From Gammaproteobacteria bacterium (GTDB lineage: Bacteria; Pseudomonadota; Gammaproteobacteria; Eutrophobiales; Eutrophobiaceae), in assembly GCA_965222155.1 (NCBI GenBank), contig CBDCTH010000012.1, positions 2,304,001 through 2,368,000 on the forward strand: a stretch of DNA of 64,000 nucleotides, written 5' to 3'. The position numbers were made by a program, and so were the translations under genes. The notes below the pieces were generated by a model. It worked only from the letters and a program-made list of their open reading frames with translations, had not been told where the DNA came from and ran no database searches. This document shows positions 41,535-53,297 of this stretch, piece by piece. The first letter of the stretch is position 1. Each line of letters starts with the position of its first letter.

Positions 41535-41921
41535 CTACACCCGCCTTCTTTTCGGCGGGCGGCAACCATTATGGGGGATGGGCGTTACATCAGTGATATT
41601 GGTGATTTTATAGCCCAATGCATTCAGAGCGCGTACTGCCGACTCTCGGCCCGGTCCGGGACCTTTAATATTCACTTCCAGGTTCTTCATACCGAACTCC
41701 TGCGCAACTTCACCCACTTTCTGCGCGGCGATCTGTGCCGCGAACGGTGTGCTCTTCCGTGACCCGCGAAATCCGCTGCCTCCGGCCGTAGCCCATGCAA
41801 GGGTATTTCCCTGCCTGTCGGTAATATTGATTATGGTATTGTTAAATGACGCATGTACATGCGCGATACCATCGACTACCGTTTTCTTAACCTTCTTTCT
41901 TGTGCTTCTCGGTTTTGCCAT
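41535..41921 (-). CDS. rpsK: 30S ribosomal protein S11
   Basis: [23 protein letters not shown]. Confidence 0.98.
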   Translation of the reverse strand: MAKPRSTRKKVKKTVVDGIAHVHASFNNTIINITDRQGNTLAWATAGGSGFRGSRKSTPFAAQIAAQKVGEVAQEFGMKNLEVNIKGPGPGRESAVRALNALGYKITNITDVTPIPHNGCRPPKRRRV

Positions 41922-41937
41922 TCACTTTCTCGTAGTG

Positions 41938-42294
41938 TTACTTTTTGATTATTCGGCGCGGCCCTTTGCGGGTTCTCGCATTGGTGCGTGTACGCTGGCC
42001 GCGCAAGGGAAGTCCGCGCCGGTGACGGATACCTCGGTATGCGCCTAAATCCATCAGGCGCTTGATGTTCATGGATACATCCCTGCGTAAATCACCTTCC
42101 AACTCATAATTCGTTACTTCCGACCGCAGCAGATCAAGCTGATCCTCACTAAGCGACGATACCTTGACGCTCGGTTCTATTGCCGTTGCCGAACAAATCT
42201 TCCGGGCGGTAGTGCTTCCTATGCCGTAAATGTGAGTCAACGCGATGCTGACGTGCTTGTGGTCCGGAATATTTACCCCTGCTATACGAGCCAT
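41938..42294 (-). CDS. rpsM: 30S ribosomal protein S13
   Basis: [10 protein letters not shown]; start corrected to 42294. Confidence 0.98.
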   Translation of the reverse strand: MARIAGVNIPDHKHVSIALTHIYGIGSTTARKICSATAIEPSVKVSSLSEDQLDLLRSEVTNYELEGDLRRDVSMNIKRLMDLGAYRGIRHRRGLPLRGQRTRTNARTRKGPRRIIKK

Positions 42295-42385
42295 TTGTTT
42301 TCTCTCTTGTTCGTTATCCGGAAGGGGACGGAATTGAATTCCGTCCCTGTACGATTTCGGCAAGTATCTCGAGTCACCATCCGGC

Positions 42386-42499
42386 TCACCCTTGCCGCTG
42401 CTTATGGCGCGGGTCGGAACAGATAACACGGACACTGCCCCGCCGGCGGATAATGCGGCAATTACGACACATCTTTTTTACCGAAGCCCTGACTTTCAC
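42386..42499 (-). CDS. rpmJ: 50S ribosomal protein L36 (not in ORF track)
   Basis: GTG start, [37 protein letters not shown]. Confidence 0.96.
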   Translation of the reverse strand: MKVRASVKKMCRNCRIIRRRGSVRVICSDPRHKQRQG

Positions 42500-42546
42500 T
42501 TCATTCTCCCGTTACACCCGCGTATACCACTGTAGGATGCGCATTA

Positions 42547-43890
42547 TCAACGCCTCCCATGGCTTTTCAAATTGGCCTTCTTTAAAGCTCCTTCATACTG
42601 ATGCGACATTAAATGGGCCTGGATTTGCGCCATAAAGTCCATTACGACGACCACAATGATCAATAGTGATGTTCCGCCAAAATAAAACGGCACGTTATAC
42701 TGAATGATTAAGAACTCCGGTAACAGACAGACAAAAGTGATGTAGATGGCGCCCACCATGGTCAGTTTTGTCAATACGCCGTCAAGATACTTGGCGGTCT
42801 GTTCTCCCGGCCTCATCCCCGGTACGAACGCGCCTGACTTTTTCAGGTTATCCGCGGTTTCTCTGGGATCAAACACAACGGCCGTATAGAAAAAGCAAAA
42901 GAAAATGATTCCTGCGGCATAAAACGCAACGTATATGGGCTGTCCGGGTTGCAGCAATGTTGCCAGGTCCTGCAGCCAGCGCATTTCCCGGGCCTGACCC
43001 GCCCAGCTTGCCAGGGTCCCCGGAAACAGGATCAGGCTGGAGGCAAATATCGGGGGAATAACTCCCGCCATATTCAGCTTCAAGGGTAGATGGCTTGACT
43101 GGCCCGCGTATAATTTCCGTCCAACCTGGCGTTGAGCATAATTCACCGTAATCCTGCGTTGCCCCCGTTCGATAAACACGACGAAACCGGTAACGGCAAC
43201 TGCCAGCGCAAACAGGGTAAACACCATTATCAGGTGCAACTCCCCGGTACGGGATAACTCCAGCGTACCGCCGATCGCGGACGGTAAGCCGGCAACGATA
43301 CCGGCAAAAATGATCAATGAGATACCGTTACCTACACCTCGCTCGGTAATCTGTTCCCCCAACCACATCAGGAACATGGTCCCGGTTACCAGCGTAGTCA
43401 CCGCAGTGATACGAAACGCCATACCCGGATCCATGACAACCGAACCACCGGCTACCTGCTGCCCTTCCAGCGCCAGCGACACGCCCAGGGCCTGGAATGT
43501 AGCCAGTAGCACCGTTCCATATCTCGTATATTGGGTGATCCTGCGGCGTCCTGATTCACCTTCCTTGCGCAACTGCTTCAAGCGCGGGTCTACGAATGAC
43601 AAAATCTGCATGATGATCGAGGCGGATATGTAAGGCATGATGCCAAGAGCGACAACCGACAAACGCTCCAGGGCGCCTCCGGAAAACATATTGAACATAT
43701 CCAGGATAGTGCCCCGTTGCTGTTCAAACAATTGCGCCAGGGTATCCGGATTAATACCCGGGACGGGAATAAATGTGCATATCCGGTAGATGAACAGCGC
43801 AAACAGGACAAACAGCAGCCGCCTGCGCAACTCCGTTACCTGGGTCAACCCGGCGAGACCGCCTGCTATTGCGGGATTTCTTGTAGCCAT
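42547..43890 (-). CDS. secY: Preprotein translocase SecY
   Basis: [35 protein letters not shown]. Confidence 0.98.
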   Translation of the reverse strand: MATRNPAIAGGLAGLTQVTELRRRLLFVLFALFIYRICTFIPVPGINPDTLAQLFEQQRGTILDMFNMFSGGALERLSVVALGIMPYISASIIMQILSFVDPRLKQLRKEGESGRRRITQYTRYGTVLLATFQALGVSLALEGQQVAGGSVVMDPGMAFRITAVTTLVTGTMFLMWLGEQITERGVGNGISLIIFAGIVAGLPSAIGGTLELSRTGELHLIMVFTLFALAVAVTGFVVFIERGQRRITVNYAQRQVGRKLYAGQSSHLPLKLNMAGVIPPIFASSLILFPGTLASWAGQAREMRWLQDLATLLQPGQPIYVAFYAAGIIFFCFFYTAVVFDPRETADNLKKSGAFVPGMRPGEQTAKYLDGVLTKLTMVGAIYITFVCLLPEFLIIQYNVPFYFGGTSLLIIVVVVMDFMAQIQAHLMSHQYEGALKKANLKSHGRR

Positions 43891-43895
43891 GCCCT

Positions 43896-44146
43896 AGCCC
43901 GGATATTGCATCAGTGGATGCGATGATCGCGCAGGATTTTTGGCGCTGACGGGTGCCTGCGACCGATAGCATAGCCGTAGCCGTAGCTCTGGTTGAGGGA
44001 GCACGTGCCCGTCAGCGCCAAAAAGACAAGCGAGGGCGCAGCCAGCGCTGCTTGTCACGCCAATTAAGTCAATATAAGTCATATAACTATATGATTGTAC
44101 AAAAATTCCAGTATTCTTCTAAGCGGACTGGTGCAATATCCGGGCT
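43896..44146. mobile_element. MITE-like element copy B (rplO-secY spacer)
   Basis: AGCCCGGATATTGCATCAG ... CTGGTGCAATATCCGGGCT. Confidence 0.85.
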
Positions 44147-44580
44147 CACTCTTCGAATTTCCCACCGGCTGCCTCAATGGCAGCCCGCGCCGCTTTGGTT
44201 GCTCGCATTCCCTTTATGGTGACCGCCTTGCCGATCGTCCCGCTGGCAATAATTTTTACTCTCTTGATTTTTCTTGAGATCAGACCGGCTTTTTTCAGCG
44301 TATCCAGGTCGATGATTTCGGCAGCCGCTTGCTCCAGTTCATCAAGCCGAATTTCATCGGTAATCCGCGCCAGGTAGGACCGAAAACCGACCTTGGGGAG
44401 ACGCCGTTGCAACGGCATTTGTCCACCCTCAAAACCTACCTTGTGATACCCGCCTGAACGTGACTTCTGCCCTTTATGACCGCGGCCTGCCGTCTTCCCC
44501 TGTCCGGAGCCGATACCCCGCCCTACTCGCTTGGCTGAGCGTTTGGCGCCACCCGCAGGTTTGATTGAATTCAGTCGCAT
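44146..44580 (-). CDS. rplO: 50S ribosomal protein L15
   Basis: [21 protein letters not shown]. Confidence 0.98.
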   Translation of the reverse strand: MRLNSIKPAGGAKRSAKRVGRGIGSGQGKTAGRGHKGQKSRSGGYHKVGFEGGQMPLQRRLPKVGFRSYLARITDEIRLDELEQAAAEIIDLDTLKKAGLISRKIKRVKIIASGTIGKAVTIKGMRATKAARAAIEAAGGKFEE

Positions 44581-44581
44581 T

Positions 44582-44773
44582 TCAGATTCCATCGATAGTC
44601 AACAAATAACTTACCTTATTAATCATGCCCCGGTTTTCCGCAGTATCCGCAACCATTACCGAATGACCTATACGACGCAGCCCGAGTCCCGTAACACAGG
44701 CTTTGTGTTTTGCGGTCCTGCGATTGACACTGCGTTTCAAGGTTACTCTTAACTGTTTCTTTTGCGCAGCCAT
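44582..44773 (-). CDS. rpmD: 50S ribosomal protein L30
   Basis: [16 protein letters not shown]. Confidence 0.96.
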   Translation of the reverse strand: MAAQKKQLRVTLKRSVNRRTAKHKACVTGLGLRRIGHSVMVADTAENRGMINKVSYLLTIDGI

Positions 44774-44775
44774 GA

Positions 44776-45282
44776 TTATCCGGTAATTTCCTCAACTGCT
44801 TTACCGCGCTTTGCCGCGAAATATTCCGGCGCAGCCATCGACTGTAACCCTTTCATTGTGGTGCGCACCACGTTAACCGGGTTGGTCGAACCGGTGCATT
44901 TGGCCAGGACATTATGAATGCCGGCACACTCAAACACCGCGCGCATGGCGCCACCGGCAATAATACCGGTACCATCGGAAGCCGGTTGCATATACACATT
45001 AGCGGCACCGTGCCTCGCACTGATTGCGTAGTGCAGGGTATCACCGTTAAGCGGGATGCTGATCATATTCCGGCGCGCCTTTTCCATGGCCTTCTGTATC
45101 GCAACGGGCACTTCCCGCGCCTTGCCCCGGCCGAAACCGACCTTGCCGTTACCGTCACCGACAACGGTCAGGGCCGTAAAGCCGAATACACGCCCACCCT
45201 TGACGACCTTGGCCACCCGGTTGACTGCAACTAATTTCTCCAGTAAGTCCTCATTACCGGTGATGGATTCTGATACCGCCAT
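44776..45282 (-). CDS. rpsE: 30S ribosomal protein S5
   Basis: [19 protein letters not shown]. Confidence 0.98.
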   Translation of the reverse strand: MAVSESITGNEDLLEKLVAVNRVAKVVKGGRVFGFTALTVVGDGNGKVGFGRGKAREVPVAIQKAMEKARRNMISIPLNGDTLHYAISARHGAANVYMQPASDGTGIIAGGAMRAVFECAGIHNVLAKCTGSTNPVNVVRTTMKGLQSMAAPEYFAAKRGKAVEEITG

Positions 45283-45304
45283 GCTGGTTTTATCTCCTCA
45301 CCTG

Positions 45305-45658
45305 TTAGAATTTCATGCCTTGTTCCCTGGCGGCATCTGCCAGCGCCTTCACTCTGCCATGGAACTTGAAACCTGAGCGGTCAAATGCAACCGTGATAAT
45401 ACCGACCTTCTTTGCACGTTCTGCAATCATCTGACCTACAACTCCCGCCGCTTCCCTGTTGCCGCCGTTTTTTATCCTGGCGCGAATTTCCTTATCAAGG
45501 GTGGATGCGCTGACGATTACTTCCGACCCGCTCGGAGCGATCACTTGGGCATAGATATGCCGGGGCGTGCGGAACACACATAACCGGCCCACCTCTTGCG
45601 TCTTGATACGCATGCGTGATTTTACCGACCTTCTCAATCTTGCTGTTTTCTTATTCAT
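45305..45658 (-). CDS. rplR: 50S ribosomal protein L18
   Basis: [19 protein letters not shown]. Confidence 0.98.
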   Translation of the reverse strand: MNKKTARLRRSVKSRMRIKTQEVGRLCVFRTPRHIYAQVIAPSGSEVIVSASTLDKEIRARIKNGGNREAAGVVGQMIAERAKKVGIITVAFDRSGFKFHGRVKALADAAREQGMKF

Positions 45659-45666
45659 TGTCGGTT

Positions 45667-45911
45667 AACCCGGATATTGCACCAGTGGATGCGATGATCG
45701 CGCCGGATTTTTTGCGCTGACGGGTGCCTGCGACCGAAAGCATAGCTGGGACTCTGGTTGAGGGAGCACGTACCCGTCAGCGCAAAAAAGACAAGCGAGG
45801 GCGCATCCAGCGAAGTTTGTCACAGCATAAATTTTAGAATTAGTCATATAACTATATGATTGTAAGCAAATTTTAGTATCTCTCCAAGCAGACTGGTGCA
45901 ATATCCGGGTT
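45667..45911. mobile_element. MITE-like element copy C (rplF-rplR spacer)
   Basis: AACCCGGATATTGCACCAGT ... ACTGGTGCAATATCCGGGTT perfect 20-bp IR. Confidence 0.85.
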
Positions 45912-46444
45912 CAAGCCTTCTTTGCTTCCTTGCGTAGAATATGTTCATCAGCATAGCGTACGCCTTTCCCCTTATAAGGTTCGGGCGGTCGGTAACTACG
46001 GATCTCTGCCGCCACTTGTCCGACCCTCTGTTTGTCCGAGCCCCTGATTATGATCTGGGTCTGGCTGGGGGTCTCAACCGAAATGTCGTCGGGAATAGCA
46101 ATATCCACGGGATGGGAAAATCCCAGGGCCAGGTTGATGCTCCCCGGATTTGCCTGGGCGCGATATCCCACCCCGGTTATCTCGAGTTTGATCTCAAATC
46201 CGTCGGAAACACCCGTCACCATGTTCTGTAAAATCGCTCTGGTGGTGCCTGACAGGGCCCGCGCCGACTTGGAGCCATCCTTTGCTGAAAACTTCAACAG
46301 GTCGCCTTCCCGCTCCAACTGCACAAGTGAATTAATTGTGTGTGTCAATTCACCCTTACTGCCCTTGACCAGCACTACTGTGCCGTTCACGTCGACCTGC
46401 ACGTTGTCAGGGATGGCTATCGGGTTATTGGCAACTCTTGACAT
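45911..46444 (-). CDS. rplF: 50S ribosomal protein L6
   Basis: GVGYRA, PEPYKGKG. Confidence 0.98.
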   Translation of the reverse strand: MSRVANNPIAIPDNVQVDVNGTVVLVKGSKGELTHTINSLVQLEREGDLLKFSAKDGSKSARALSGTTRAILQNMVTGVSDGFEIKLEITGVGYRAQANPGSINLALGFSHPVDIAIPDDISVETPSQTQIIIRGSDKQRVGQVAAEIRSYRPPEPYKGKGVRYADEHILRKEAKKA

Positions 46445-46454
46445 GTCTTATCTC

Positions 46455-46697
46455 AGCCCGCATTTCTCACCAGTTGATGCGATGATCGCGCAGGATTTTT
46501 GCCGCCAGCGAGTGCCTGCGACCGAAAGCATAGCCGTAGCTATGGTTGAGGAAGCACGTGCCCGCTGGCGGCAAAAAGACAAGCGAGGGCGCATCAAGCG
46601 CAGTTTGTAAAAGTGACATAGTGAATAATACATTTTAACTCATTAGCAGCAAAAAAATATCCGGTGACGATAAGCGAACTGGTGAGAAATACGGGCT
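46455..46697. mobile_element. MITE-like element copy D (rpsH-rplF spacer)
   Basis: AGCCCGCATTTCTCACCAGTT ... AACTGGTGAGAAATACGGGCT. Confidence 0.85.
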
Positions 46698-47091
46698 AAG
46701 CTACGAGACAGATAATCTCGCCACCAATACCCAGTTTCCTGGCGCTCTTGTCCGTCATTACACCCTTGGAAGTGGAGATGATGGCCGTTCCCAGTCCCCC
46801 GTATACCTGGGGCAACTTATCACCGGAGCTGTAGCGGCGTAATCCCGGCGAGCTCACGCGTTTCAATAATTCAATAACCGGCTTGCCCTCAAAATACTTC
46901 AATTCAATGGTTAATACCGGCTTGGCCGTTTCTTCATCCACACTGAAGCCGGTAATATAGCCCTCTTCCTGGAGGATTTTTGCCACGGCAAGTTTGGGTT
47001 TTGATGAAGGCATGCTGACTTCCCGCTTTAACCTTTCCTGGCCGTTGCGAACCCGTGTCAGCATATCCGATATTTGATCCTGTAAGCTCAT
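46696..47091 (-). CDS. rpsH: 30S ribosomal protein S8
   Basis: [16 protein letters not shown]; start corrected to 47091. Confidence 0.98.
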   Translation of the reverse strand: MSLQDQISDMLTRVRNGQERLKREVSMPSSKPKLAVAKILQEEGYITGFSVDEETAKPVLTIELKYFEGKPVIELLKRVSSPGLRRYSSGDKLPQVYGGLGTAIISTSKGVMTDKSARKLGIGGEIICLVA

Positions 47092-47122
47092 TCTGAATTC
47101 TCTTGCAGCCTCGTCAGTTTTC

Positions 47123-47428
47123 TCACCAGCTCGCTTTGACCAGGCCCGGGATATCCCCGCGCATTGCGGCCTCACGCAGCTTATTTCTTCCCAGTCCGAA
47201 TTTCCTGTAATAACCATTCGGGCGCCCTGTCAGGGTGCATCGATTTCTCAGTCTGGATGGACTGGAATCTCTGGGTAATTTATTCAATTGTACTCTTGCT
47301 TCCTTACGCTCTTCCGGAGTTAACGACATATCCTTGATAATGCGCTTCAAACCAGTACGTTTTTCAGCATATTTTTCGACCAGTTTCTCCCTTTTCCGCT
47401 CTCGATTTACCGTTGATGTTTTTGCCAT
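47123..47428 (-). CDS. rpsN: 30S ribosomal protein S14
   Basis: [20 protein letters not shown]. Confidence 0.98.
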   Translation of the reverse strand: MAKTSTVNRERKREKLVEKYAEKRTGLKRIIKDMSLTPEERKEARVQLNKLPRDSSPSRLRNRCTLTGRPNGYYRKFGLGRNKLREAAMRGDIPGLVKASW

Positions 47429-47440
47429 AAGTTTTCTCTG

Positions 47441-47992
47441 TTATGAGCCTGCTTGAGTCCGCAACGGAAAATTGAACGCCTTCAACAAGGCCTCAGCCTC
47501 CTCATCCGTTTTCGCCGAAGTCGTGATTGTTACATCCAGGCCGCGCAGCGTATCGATCTTGTCATAATCGATTTCCGGAAAAATAATCTGCTCTTTCACG
47601 CCCAGGCTGTAATTGCCGCGTCCATCAAACGCGCGCGGGCTTAAGCCCCGAAAATCCCTGATCCTGGGAATGGCGACTGAAATCAGCCGATCCAGGAACT
47701 CATACATGCGTGTACGTCGCAGCGTAACCTTGCAACCATTCGGAAAGCCCTTCCTGACCTTGAAATTTGCAACGGACTTCTTTGCGTTGATCACGATCGG
47801 TTTCTGCCCGGAAATCAGCGTCATGTCATCAACCGCATGTTCAATCATTTTTTTATCGGCCATTGCCTTGCCCAGCCCCATGTTCAGGGTAATTTTGGTT
47901 ATCTTCGGCACCTGCATTGACGACGTATAGCCGAACTGTTCCATCAACTGCGGAGCAATTGTAGTCCGATAATATTCCTGTAATCTTGCCAT
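47441..47992 (-). CDS. rplE: 50S ribosomal protein L5
   Basis: [20 protein letters not shown]. Confidence 0.98.
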   Translation of the reverse strand: MARLQEYYRTTIAPQLMEQFGYTSSMQVPKITKITLNMGLGKAMADKKMIEHAVDDMTLISGQKPIVINAKKSVANFKVRKGFPNGCKVTLRRTRMYEFLDRLISVAIPRIRDFRGLSPRAFDGRGNYSLGVKEQIIFPEIDYDKIDTLRGLDVTITTSAKTDEEAEALLKAFNFPLRTQAGS

Positions 47993-48006
47993 CTTAACCT
48001 TGTCGT

Positions 48007-48327
48007 TCAAACATCGACTACTTCATTATTGGATTTGAAAAAACGGACTTTCCGACGATCTTCCAAAAACCGGAAGCCCACACGATCCGGTCTGTTTGAC
48101 ACCGGATTCCATAGTGCAATATTCGAAATTGCAAACGCCATTTCCTTCTCTACAATGCCTCCGGGCGTTCCCTGCATGGGATTACCCTTGGTATGGCGTT
48201 TGGCCATATTAATATTTTCGACGATGACCTTATTGCTGTTCATGTTAACACTCAGCACGATTCCGCGTTTACCCTTATCCTTGCCGGTAATAACGACTAC
48301 TTCGTCACCTTTTCGTATCCTGTTCAT
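48007..48327 (-). CDS. rplX: 50S ribosomal protein L24
   Basis: [16 protein letters not shown]. Confidence 0.98.
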   Translation of the reverse strand: MNRIRKGDEVVVITGKDKGKRGIVLSVNMNSNKVIVENINMAKRHTKGNPMQGTPGGIVEKEMAFAISNIALWNPVSNRPDRVGFRFLEDRRKVRFFKSNNEVVDV

Positions 48328-48347
48328 GGGTTATCCTGCAGCCTTGA

Positions 48348-48716
48348 CTATAAAACCTCGGGAGCGAGGGAAACGATTTTCATAAAATTCTCATTCCTGA
48401 GTTCACGGGTGACCGGACCGAATATCCGTGTGCCGATAGGTTGCAACTGATTATTCAGCAGCACGGCGGCATTACTATCGAATCGTATCAATGAACCGTC
48501 CGGTCTCCTCACTCCTTTTTTAGTCCGCACCACCACAGCGTTGTACAGCTCTCCCTTTTTTACCTTGCTTCTCGGGATAGCTTCCTTGACACTGACCTTT
48601 ATCACGTCACCCACACCAGCATAACGTCTTTTCGAACCACCCAGGACTTTCACACACATGAGACGACGCGCGCCACTGTTGTCCGCGGCCCCCAGTATTG
48701 TCTGCATCTGGATCAT
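48348..48716 (-). CDS. rplN: 50S ribosomal protein L14
   Basis: [21 protein letters not shown]. Confidence 0.98.
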   Translation of the reverse strand: MIQMQTILGAADNSGARRLMCVKVLGGSKRRYAGVGDVIKVSVKEAIPRSKVKKGELYNAVVVRTKKGVRRPDGSLIRFDSNAAVLLNNQLQPIGTRIFGPVTRELRNENFMKIVSLAPEVL

Positions 48717-48777
48717 CTGTGCACTCCGACTGATTTCTCAACCCGATGCAATGGCGGAAGAATTGAATACATTTGCA

Positions 48778-49044
48778 TCATATTTCCTGAGCCTTACTGA
48801 CAATACTGCGTAACCGCCATGCCTTGCTTTTGGAAATGGGTCGAGATGACTCAATAATGACCATATCGCCTTCATTACACTCGTTATTTTCATCATGAGC
48901 GAGCAGCCTGGTTGTACGCCTGATATATTTCCCATAGAGCGGATGTTTTACAGTCCGCCGGATATTTACGGCAATGGACTTATCCATCTTGTTGCTGACA
49001 ACCGTCCCCGTCAGTGTTCTGGCTGATTTCCCGGATTCACTCAT
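48778..49044 (-). CDS. rpsQ: 30S ribosomal protein S17
   Basis: [21 protein letters not shown]. Confidence 0.98.
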   Translation of the reverse strand: MSESGKSARTLTGTVVSNKMDKSIAVNIRRTVKHPLYGKYIRRTTRLLAHDENNECNEGDMVIIESSRPISKSKAWRLRSIVSKAQEI

Positions 49045-49234
49045 CTTGTTTTGCTTTCTCGTTTAACACCGTTTTAATCCTGGCAATTTCCCGGCGCACC
49101 ACCTTAAAACGGCTTGGGTTACCGAGTTGGCCGGAACCTTTTTGCATACGCAGGTTAAATTGTTCACGCAGCATATCCAGGAGAAGTTCCTGCAACTCAT
49201 TGGGTTTCCTGCCTCTTAATTCAGCAGCCTTCAT
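49037..49234 (-). CDS. rpmC: 50S ribosomal protein L29
   Basis: [17 protein letters not shown]. Confidence 0.97.
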   Translation of the reverse strand: MKAAELRGRKPNELQELLLDMLREQFNLRMQKGSGQLGNPSRFKVVRREIARIKTVLNEKAKQDE

Positions 49235-49647
49235 TACAGTATGGTCCTGCTGACGAATGTGGTTTTGATCGGTAATTTCGCCGCGGCAAGCCTGAACGCA
49301 TCTCTTGCCAGCACTTCCGGTACGCCTTCAATTTCGTACAGCATCTTACCTGGCTGAACAACGGATACCCAGTATTCAACATTGCCTTTACCCTTGCCCT
49401 GGCGTACCTCCAGGGGCTTTGTCGTTATCGGTTTATCAGGAAAAATCCGTATCCAGATTTTTCCTCCCCGTTTGACTTTGCGGGTAATCGTACGGCGGGC
49501 AGCCTCAATCTGGCGCGCAGTAATCCGTCCCCGGGTAATAGCCTTCAATCCGAACTCGCCAAAACTGACCTTGTTGCCATTGTTGGCAAGCCCGCGATTT
49601 CTACCCTTGCTTTGCTTTCTGAATTTGGTTCGTTTCGGTTGTAACAT
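49234..49647 (-). CDS. rplP: 50S ribosomal protein L16
   Basis: [17 protein letters not shown]. Confidence 0.98.
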   Translation of the reverse strand: MLQPKRTKFRKQSKGRNRGLANNGNKVSFGEFGLKAITRGRITARQIEAARRTITRKVKRGGKIWIRIFPDKPITTKPLEVRQGKGKGNVEYWVSVVQPGKMLYEIEGVPEVLARDAFRLAAAKLPIKTTFVSRTIL

Positions 49648-49651
49648 TTGC

Positions 49652-50326
49652 TTATGCTCGCATCACAGGCGTTTCATCATCATCAGCCCTGTCTTCGATA
49701 TTGAACACTTCACCTTTGAATATCCAGACCTTTACACCAATGACTCCATAAGTCGTATTCGAGTTGGCAATCCCGTAATCAATGTCGGCCCGTAAGGTAT
49801 GCAACGGTACCCGCCCCTCCCGATACCACTCGGAACGAGCAATTTCCGCGCCGTTCAAACGACCGCTGACATTGATTTTAATGCCCAGAGCGCCAAGCCT
49901 CATTGAATTGGTTACCGCGCGCTTCATGGCCCGCCTGAACATAATCTTTCTTTCGATTTGCTGGGCGACACTCTCCGCCACCAGGTTTGCGTCAAGTTCA
50001 GGCTTCCTGATTTCCCGCACGCTGACTTTCGCCCTGAGACCCATCATATCCGAGACCTCCTGGCTTAACCGCTCGATATCTTCACCTTTCTTGCCGATTA
50101 CGATCCCCGGTCTGGCGCTGTGTATGATTACCTTGACTTCATTGGGGGGACGTTCGATCTGGATGCGGCTGACCGAGGCGTTAACAAGTTTTTTCCTGAG
50201 GAATTCACGCACCTGCAGGTCTGTATTCAAAAACCTTGCATAATCTTTCGTATCAGCATACCAGGTGGACGTCCAGTCCTTGATGATACCGATGCGAAAA
50301 CCCGTTGGGTGTACTTTCTGTCCCAT
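49652..50326 (-). CDS. rpsC: 30S ribosomal protein S3
   Basis: [23 protein letters not shown]. Confidence 0.98.
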   Translation of the reverse strand: MGQKVHPTGFRIGIIKDWTSTWYADTKDYARFLNTDLQVREFLRKKLVNASVSRIQIERPPNEVKVIIHSARPGIVIGKKGEDIERLSQEVSDMMGLRAKVSVREIRKPELDANLVAESVAQQIERKIMFRRAMKRAVTNSMRLGALGIKINVSGRLNGAEIARSEWYREGRVPLHTLRADIDYGIANSNTTYGVIGVKVWIFKGEVFNIEDRADDDETPVMRA

Positions 50327-50333
50327 AGTTTGT

Positions 50334-50669
50334 CTACTCTGTCGTCTCAGTGACCGTTATTACCAAATGGCTGGTGCGTTTGAAAATCCTGTCGGCGCGT
50401 CCCCGGGCCCGGGTACGTAAACGCTTGTGCGTAGGCCCCTTGTCAACGGTTATTGCAGTTATTTTCAGTTCGTCTATATCCGCAGCCTCATTATGTTCGG
50501 CATTCGCAATCGCCGACTCCAGTACTTTCTTGACGATCCCGGCAGCCTTCTTATTACTGTAAGCCAGAATATTCATTGCACGATCAACCGACAATCCGCG
50601 CACCTGGTCGGCAACCAGTCGCAACTTTTGCGGCGCCATACGCACAAATTTAAGACATGCAGTCGTCAT
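50334..50669 (-). CDS. rplV: 50S ribosomal protein L22
   Basis: [20 protein letters not shown]. Confidence 0.98.
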   Translation of the reverse strand: MTTACLKFVRMAPQKLRLVADQVRGLSVDRAMNILAYSNKKAAGIVKKVLESAIANAEHNEAADIDELKITAITVDKGPTHKRLRTRARGRADRIFKRTSHLVITVTETTE

Positions 50670-50685
50670 TGCCCTGTTACTCTCT

Positions 50686-51172
50686 AGCCCGGATATTGCA
50701 CCAGTGGATGCGATGACAAATCGTCAGGATAGACGATTTGCACGGCCGCAGGCCGCCGTAAGGTTGCGCCCAAGGATGGGCGCAATGAACGCGCAGGATT
50801 TTTGACGCTGACGGGTGCCCGCGACCGAAAGCATAGCTGGGATTGATGCGCCCCATCCATGGGGCGCTCCCTGCGGGCGTCCTTCGGACGTCCAAATCTG
50901 CTCCAGGCAGATTTGTCTGGTTGAGGGACAAATCGGCAGGATAGCCGATTTGCACGGCGACAGCCGCCCGTTGGGTTGCGCCCAGAGCCTGCCCCTGCGG
51001 TTGTAAGCAGGGGGATGGGCGCAATGAGCATGTACCCGTCAGCGTCAAAAAGACCAGCGAGGGCGCATCCAGCGTAGTTTGTAATTGCGCAAATGTTAAA
51101 ATTAGTCATATAACTATTTGATTGAACGTAATTTATTTCTTCTTACAAGCGAACTGGTGTAATATCCGGGCT
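50686..51172. mobile_element. MITE-like element copy E (rpsS-rplV spacer) with three nested insertions
   Basis: Same IRs; inserts at 50717-50788, 50844-50915, 50929-51027. Confidence 0.85.
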
Positions 51173-51174
51173 TC

Positions 51175-51450
51175 CTACTTTGATGTTTTTTTATCCGCGG
51201 CATGGCCGCGAAACGTCCGGGTTATGGCAAACTCGCCCAGTTTATGGCCGACCATATTCTCGGAAATAAAAACCGGTACGTGGTGCCGGCCATTATGTAC
51301 TGAAATGGTCAGCCCGACCATATCCGGCACTATCATTGACCTTCTGGACCACGTCTTAATTGGACGTTTGTCATTATTTTGAAGCGCAGTTTCGACCTTT
51401 TTGCTCAGGTGATGGTCTATGAACGGCCCTTTTTTTATTGAACGCGGCAT
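51175..51450 (-). CDS. rpsS: 30S ribosomal protein S19
   Basis: [19 protein letters not shown]. Confidence 0.98.
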   Translation of the reverse strand: MPRSIKKGPFIDHHLSKKVETALQNNDKRPIKTWSRRSMIVPDMVGLTISVHNGRHHVPVFISENMVGHKLGEFAITRTFRGHAADKKTSK

Positions 51451-51462
51451 TGCCAATCTCTC

Positions 51463-52287
51463 CTAGCTCTTCCTTTTACGAATAATCATATTGTCGGTAC
51501 GTTTGTTCTTCCTTGTTTTATAGCCTTTCGTGGGATAACCCCAGGGCGTGGATGGGTGCCGTCCCCCGGATGAACGTCCCTCACCGCCTCCATGGGGATG
51601 ATCCACCGGATTCATCGCCACGCCGCGTACCGTCGGACGTATTCCGCGCCAGCGTTTTGCCCCCGCCTTGCCCAATTTTTGCAGTGAATGTTCGACGTTA
51701 CTCACCTCTCCGATGGTGGCACGGCAATCCAGCGGCGCCTTTCTCACTTCACCCGAACGCAGGCGCAATGTCGCATGGGCGCCTTCCCGGGCCACTAACT
51801 GCACACTGGTGCCGGCGCTACGCGCCAGTTGCGCGCCCTTACCCGGCTTTAATTCCACGCAATGAACGTTTGCTCCCACCGGAATATTGCGCAGGGCCAG
51901 ACTGTTCCCGGGCGCTATTTCGGCCCGTGGACCGGACATCACCTGTGCTCCGGCCGCCACGCCGGCAGGGGCAATGATATAACGGCGCTCGCCATCCGCA
52001 TAACATAACAGGGCAATATGCGCGGTCCGGTTAGGATCGTATTCTATTCTCTCCACCGTGGCCGCAATACCGTCCTTGTCGCGTTTAAAATCAATGAACC
52101 GATAGCGTTGTTTTGCGCCACCGCCCCGGTGTCTTACGGTAATTCTGCCGCGATTGTTGCGGCCGGCGGTCTTGCCCTGCTTTTCCACTAACGGGCTGTA
52201 CGGTTTACCCTTATACAGGTCCGGGTTGACGACCTTGACAACGCCCCGGCGGCCTGCTGAAGTTGGTTTCGGATTAATTAGCGGCAT
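51463..52287 (-). CDS. rplB: 50S ribosomal protein L2
   Basis: [20 protein letters not shown]. Confidence 0.98.
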   Translation of the reverse strand: MPLINPKPTSAGRRGVVKVVNPDLYKGKPYSPLVEKQGKTAGRNNRGRITVRHRGGGAKQRYRFIDFKRDKDGIAATVERIEYDPNRTAHIALLCYADGERRYIIAPAGVAAGAQVMSGPRAEIAPGNSLALRNIPVGANVHCVELKPGKGAQLARSAGTSVQLVAREGAHATLRLRSGEVRKAPLDCRATIGEVSNVEHSLQKLGKAGAKRWRGIRPTVRGVAMNPVDHPHGGGEGRSSGGRHPSTPWGYPTKGYKTRKNKRTDNMIIRKRKS

Positions 52288-52293
52288 TTATCT

Positions 52294-52587
52294 TCAGGCT
52301 CCAATGAAATCTATGTCAAAGCCGGGTTTCAGCCTGACGTAAGCTTTCTTCCAGTCCGAGCGTTTGCCCGGCGCCCGCCGAAACATCTTTTTCTTGCCGC
52401 GCACGTTCAGTACCTGTACCGACTCAACCTCGACTTCAAACATTTTTTCCACTGCTTGTTTAATCTCCGGTTTGGTTGCATCACGCATGACCTTGAAGAC
52501 AAATTGCCGGTATTTATCAGCCGTGAACGTACTTTTTTCCGTCACCCGCGGCCCCAGCAAAATATTCATGAGCCTTTCGTCATTCAT
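52294..52587 (-). CDS. rplW: 50S ribosomal protein L23
   Basis: [20 protein letters not shown]. Confidence 0.98.
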   Translation of the reverse strand: MNDERLMNILLGPRVTEKSTFTADKYRQFVFKVMRDATKPEIKQAVEKMFEVEVESVQVLNVRGKKKMFRRAPGKRSDWKKAYVRLKPGFDIDFIGA

Positions 52588-53287
52588 CTTTACCCTCTCC
52601 AGCTTCTGCTTCCCCGTCTGCGGTCTCGCTCACGCTGACTTCCGGCTCTACTTGTCTGTGGTTTGTTTTCGGTTCCAGCCATTTTTCCACTTCTTCCAGG
52701 GCTGGTTTGGTAATCAGCACCCGGTTGAACCCGACCAGTGAATATGGATCGATTTCATGGGTATTTATAACGGCAACCCGCGCCAGGTTACGGGTCGCCA
52801 GGTGTAATTCTTCGCTGATGGAGTTGGTGATAATCAGCACCTCGTCCAGACCCAGCTGCGCCAATAGCTCAACTGCCGCCTTTGTCTTCGCCGCGCTGAC
52901 ATTCAATTGATCGATACAAAGCAGCCTTTCCTGACGAACCAGCTCGGACAGAATTGACCGCATAGCCCCGCGATACATCTTTCTGTTCACTTTCTTGGTG
53001 TAATTACGCTGGTTATTTGTGAAAGTAACACCGCCTCCACGCCAGAGCGGGCTCCTGATCGTGCCGGCCCTGGCCCGGCCAAGGCCTTTCTGGCGCCAGG
53101 GCTTTTTCCCGCCGCCTCTCACCGCGGAACGGTTTTTCAGCGATTTGAAAGCGGACCTGCCGCTCGACAGGTAAGAGGTAATCACCTGATGCACCAGGGG
53201 TTCATTGTAATCGGCAGCAAACACCTTATCGGCAACTTCCACTCGACCTGCCCGTTTTTTTCCGGCTTTGTGCAATACCAATTTCAC
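52580..53287 (-). CDS. rplD: 50S ribosomal protein L4 (GTG start, acidic C-terminal extension)
   Basis: [21 protein letters not shown]. Confidence 0.97.
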   Translation of the reverse strand: MKLVLHKAGKKRAGRVEVADKVFAADYNEPLVHQVITSYLSSGRSAFKSLKNRSAVRGGGKKPWRQKGLGRARAGTIRSPLWRGGGVTFTNNQRNYTKKVNRKMYRGAMRSILSELVRQERLLCIDQLNVSAAKTKAAVELLAQLGLDEVLIITNSISEELHLATRNLARVAVINTHEIDPYSLVGFNRVLITKPALEEVEKWLEPKTNHRQVEPEVSVSETADGEAEAGEGKDE

Positions 53288-53297
53288 CTTGGCTCTC

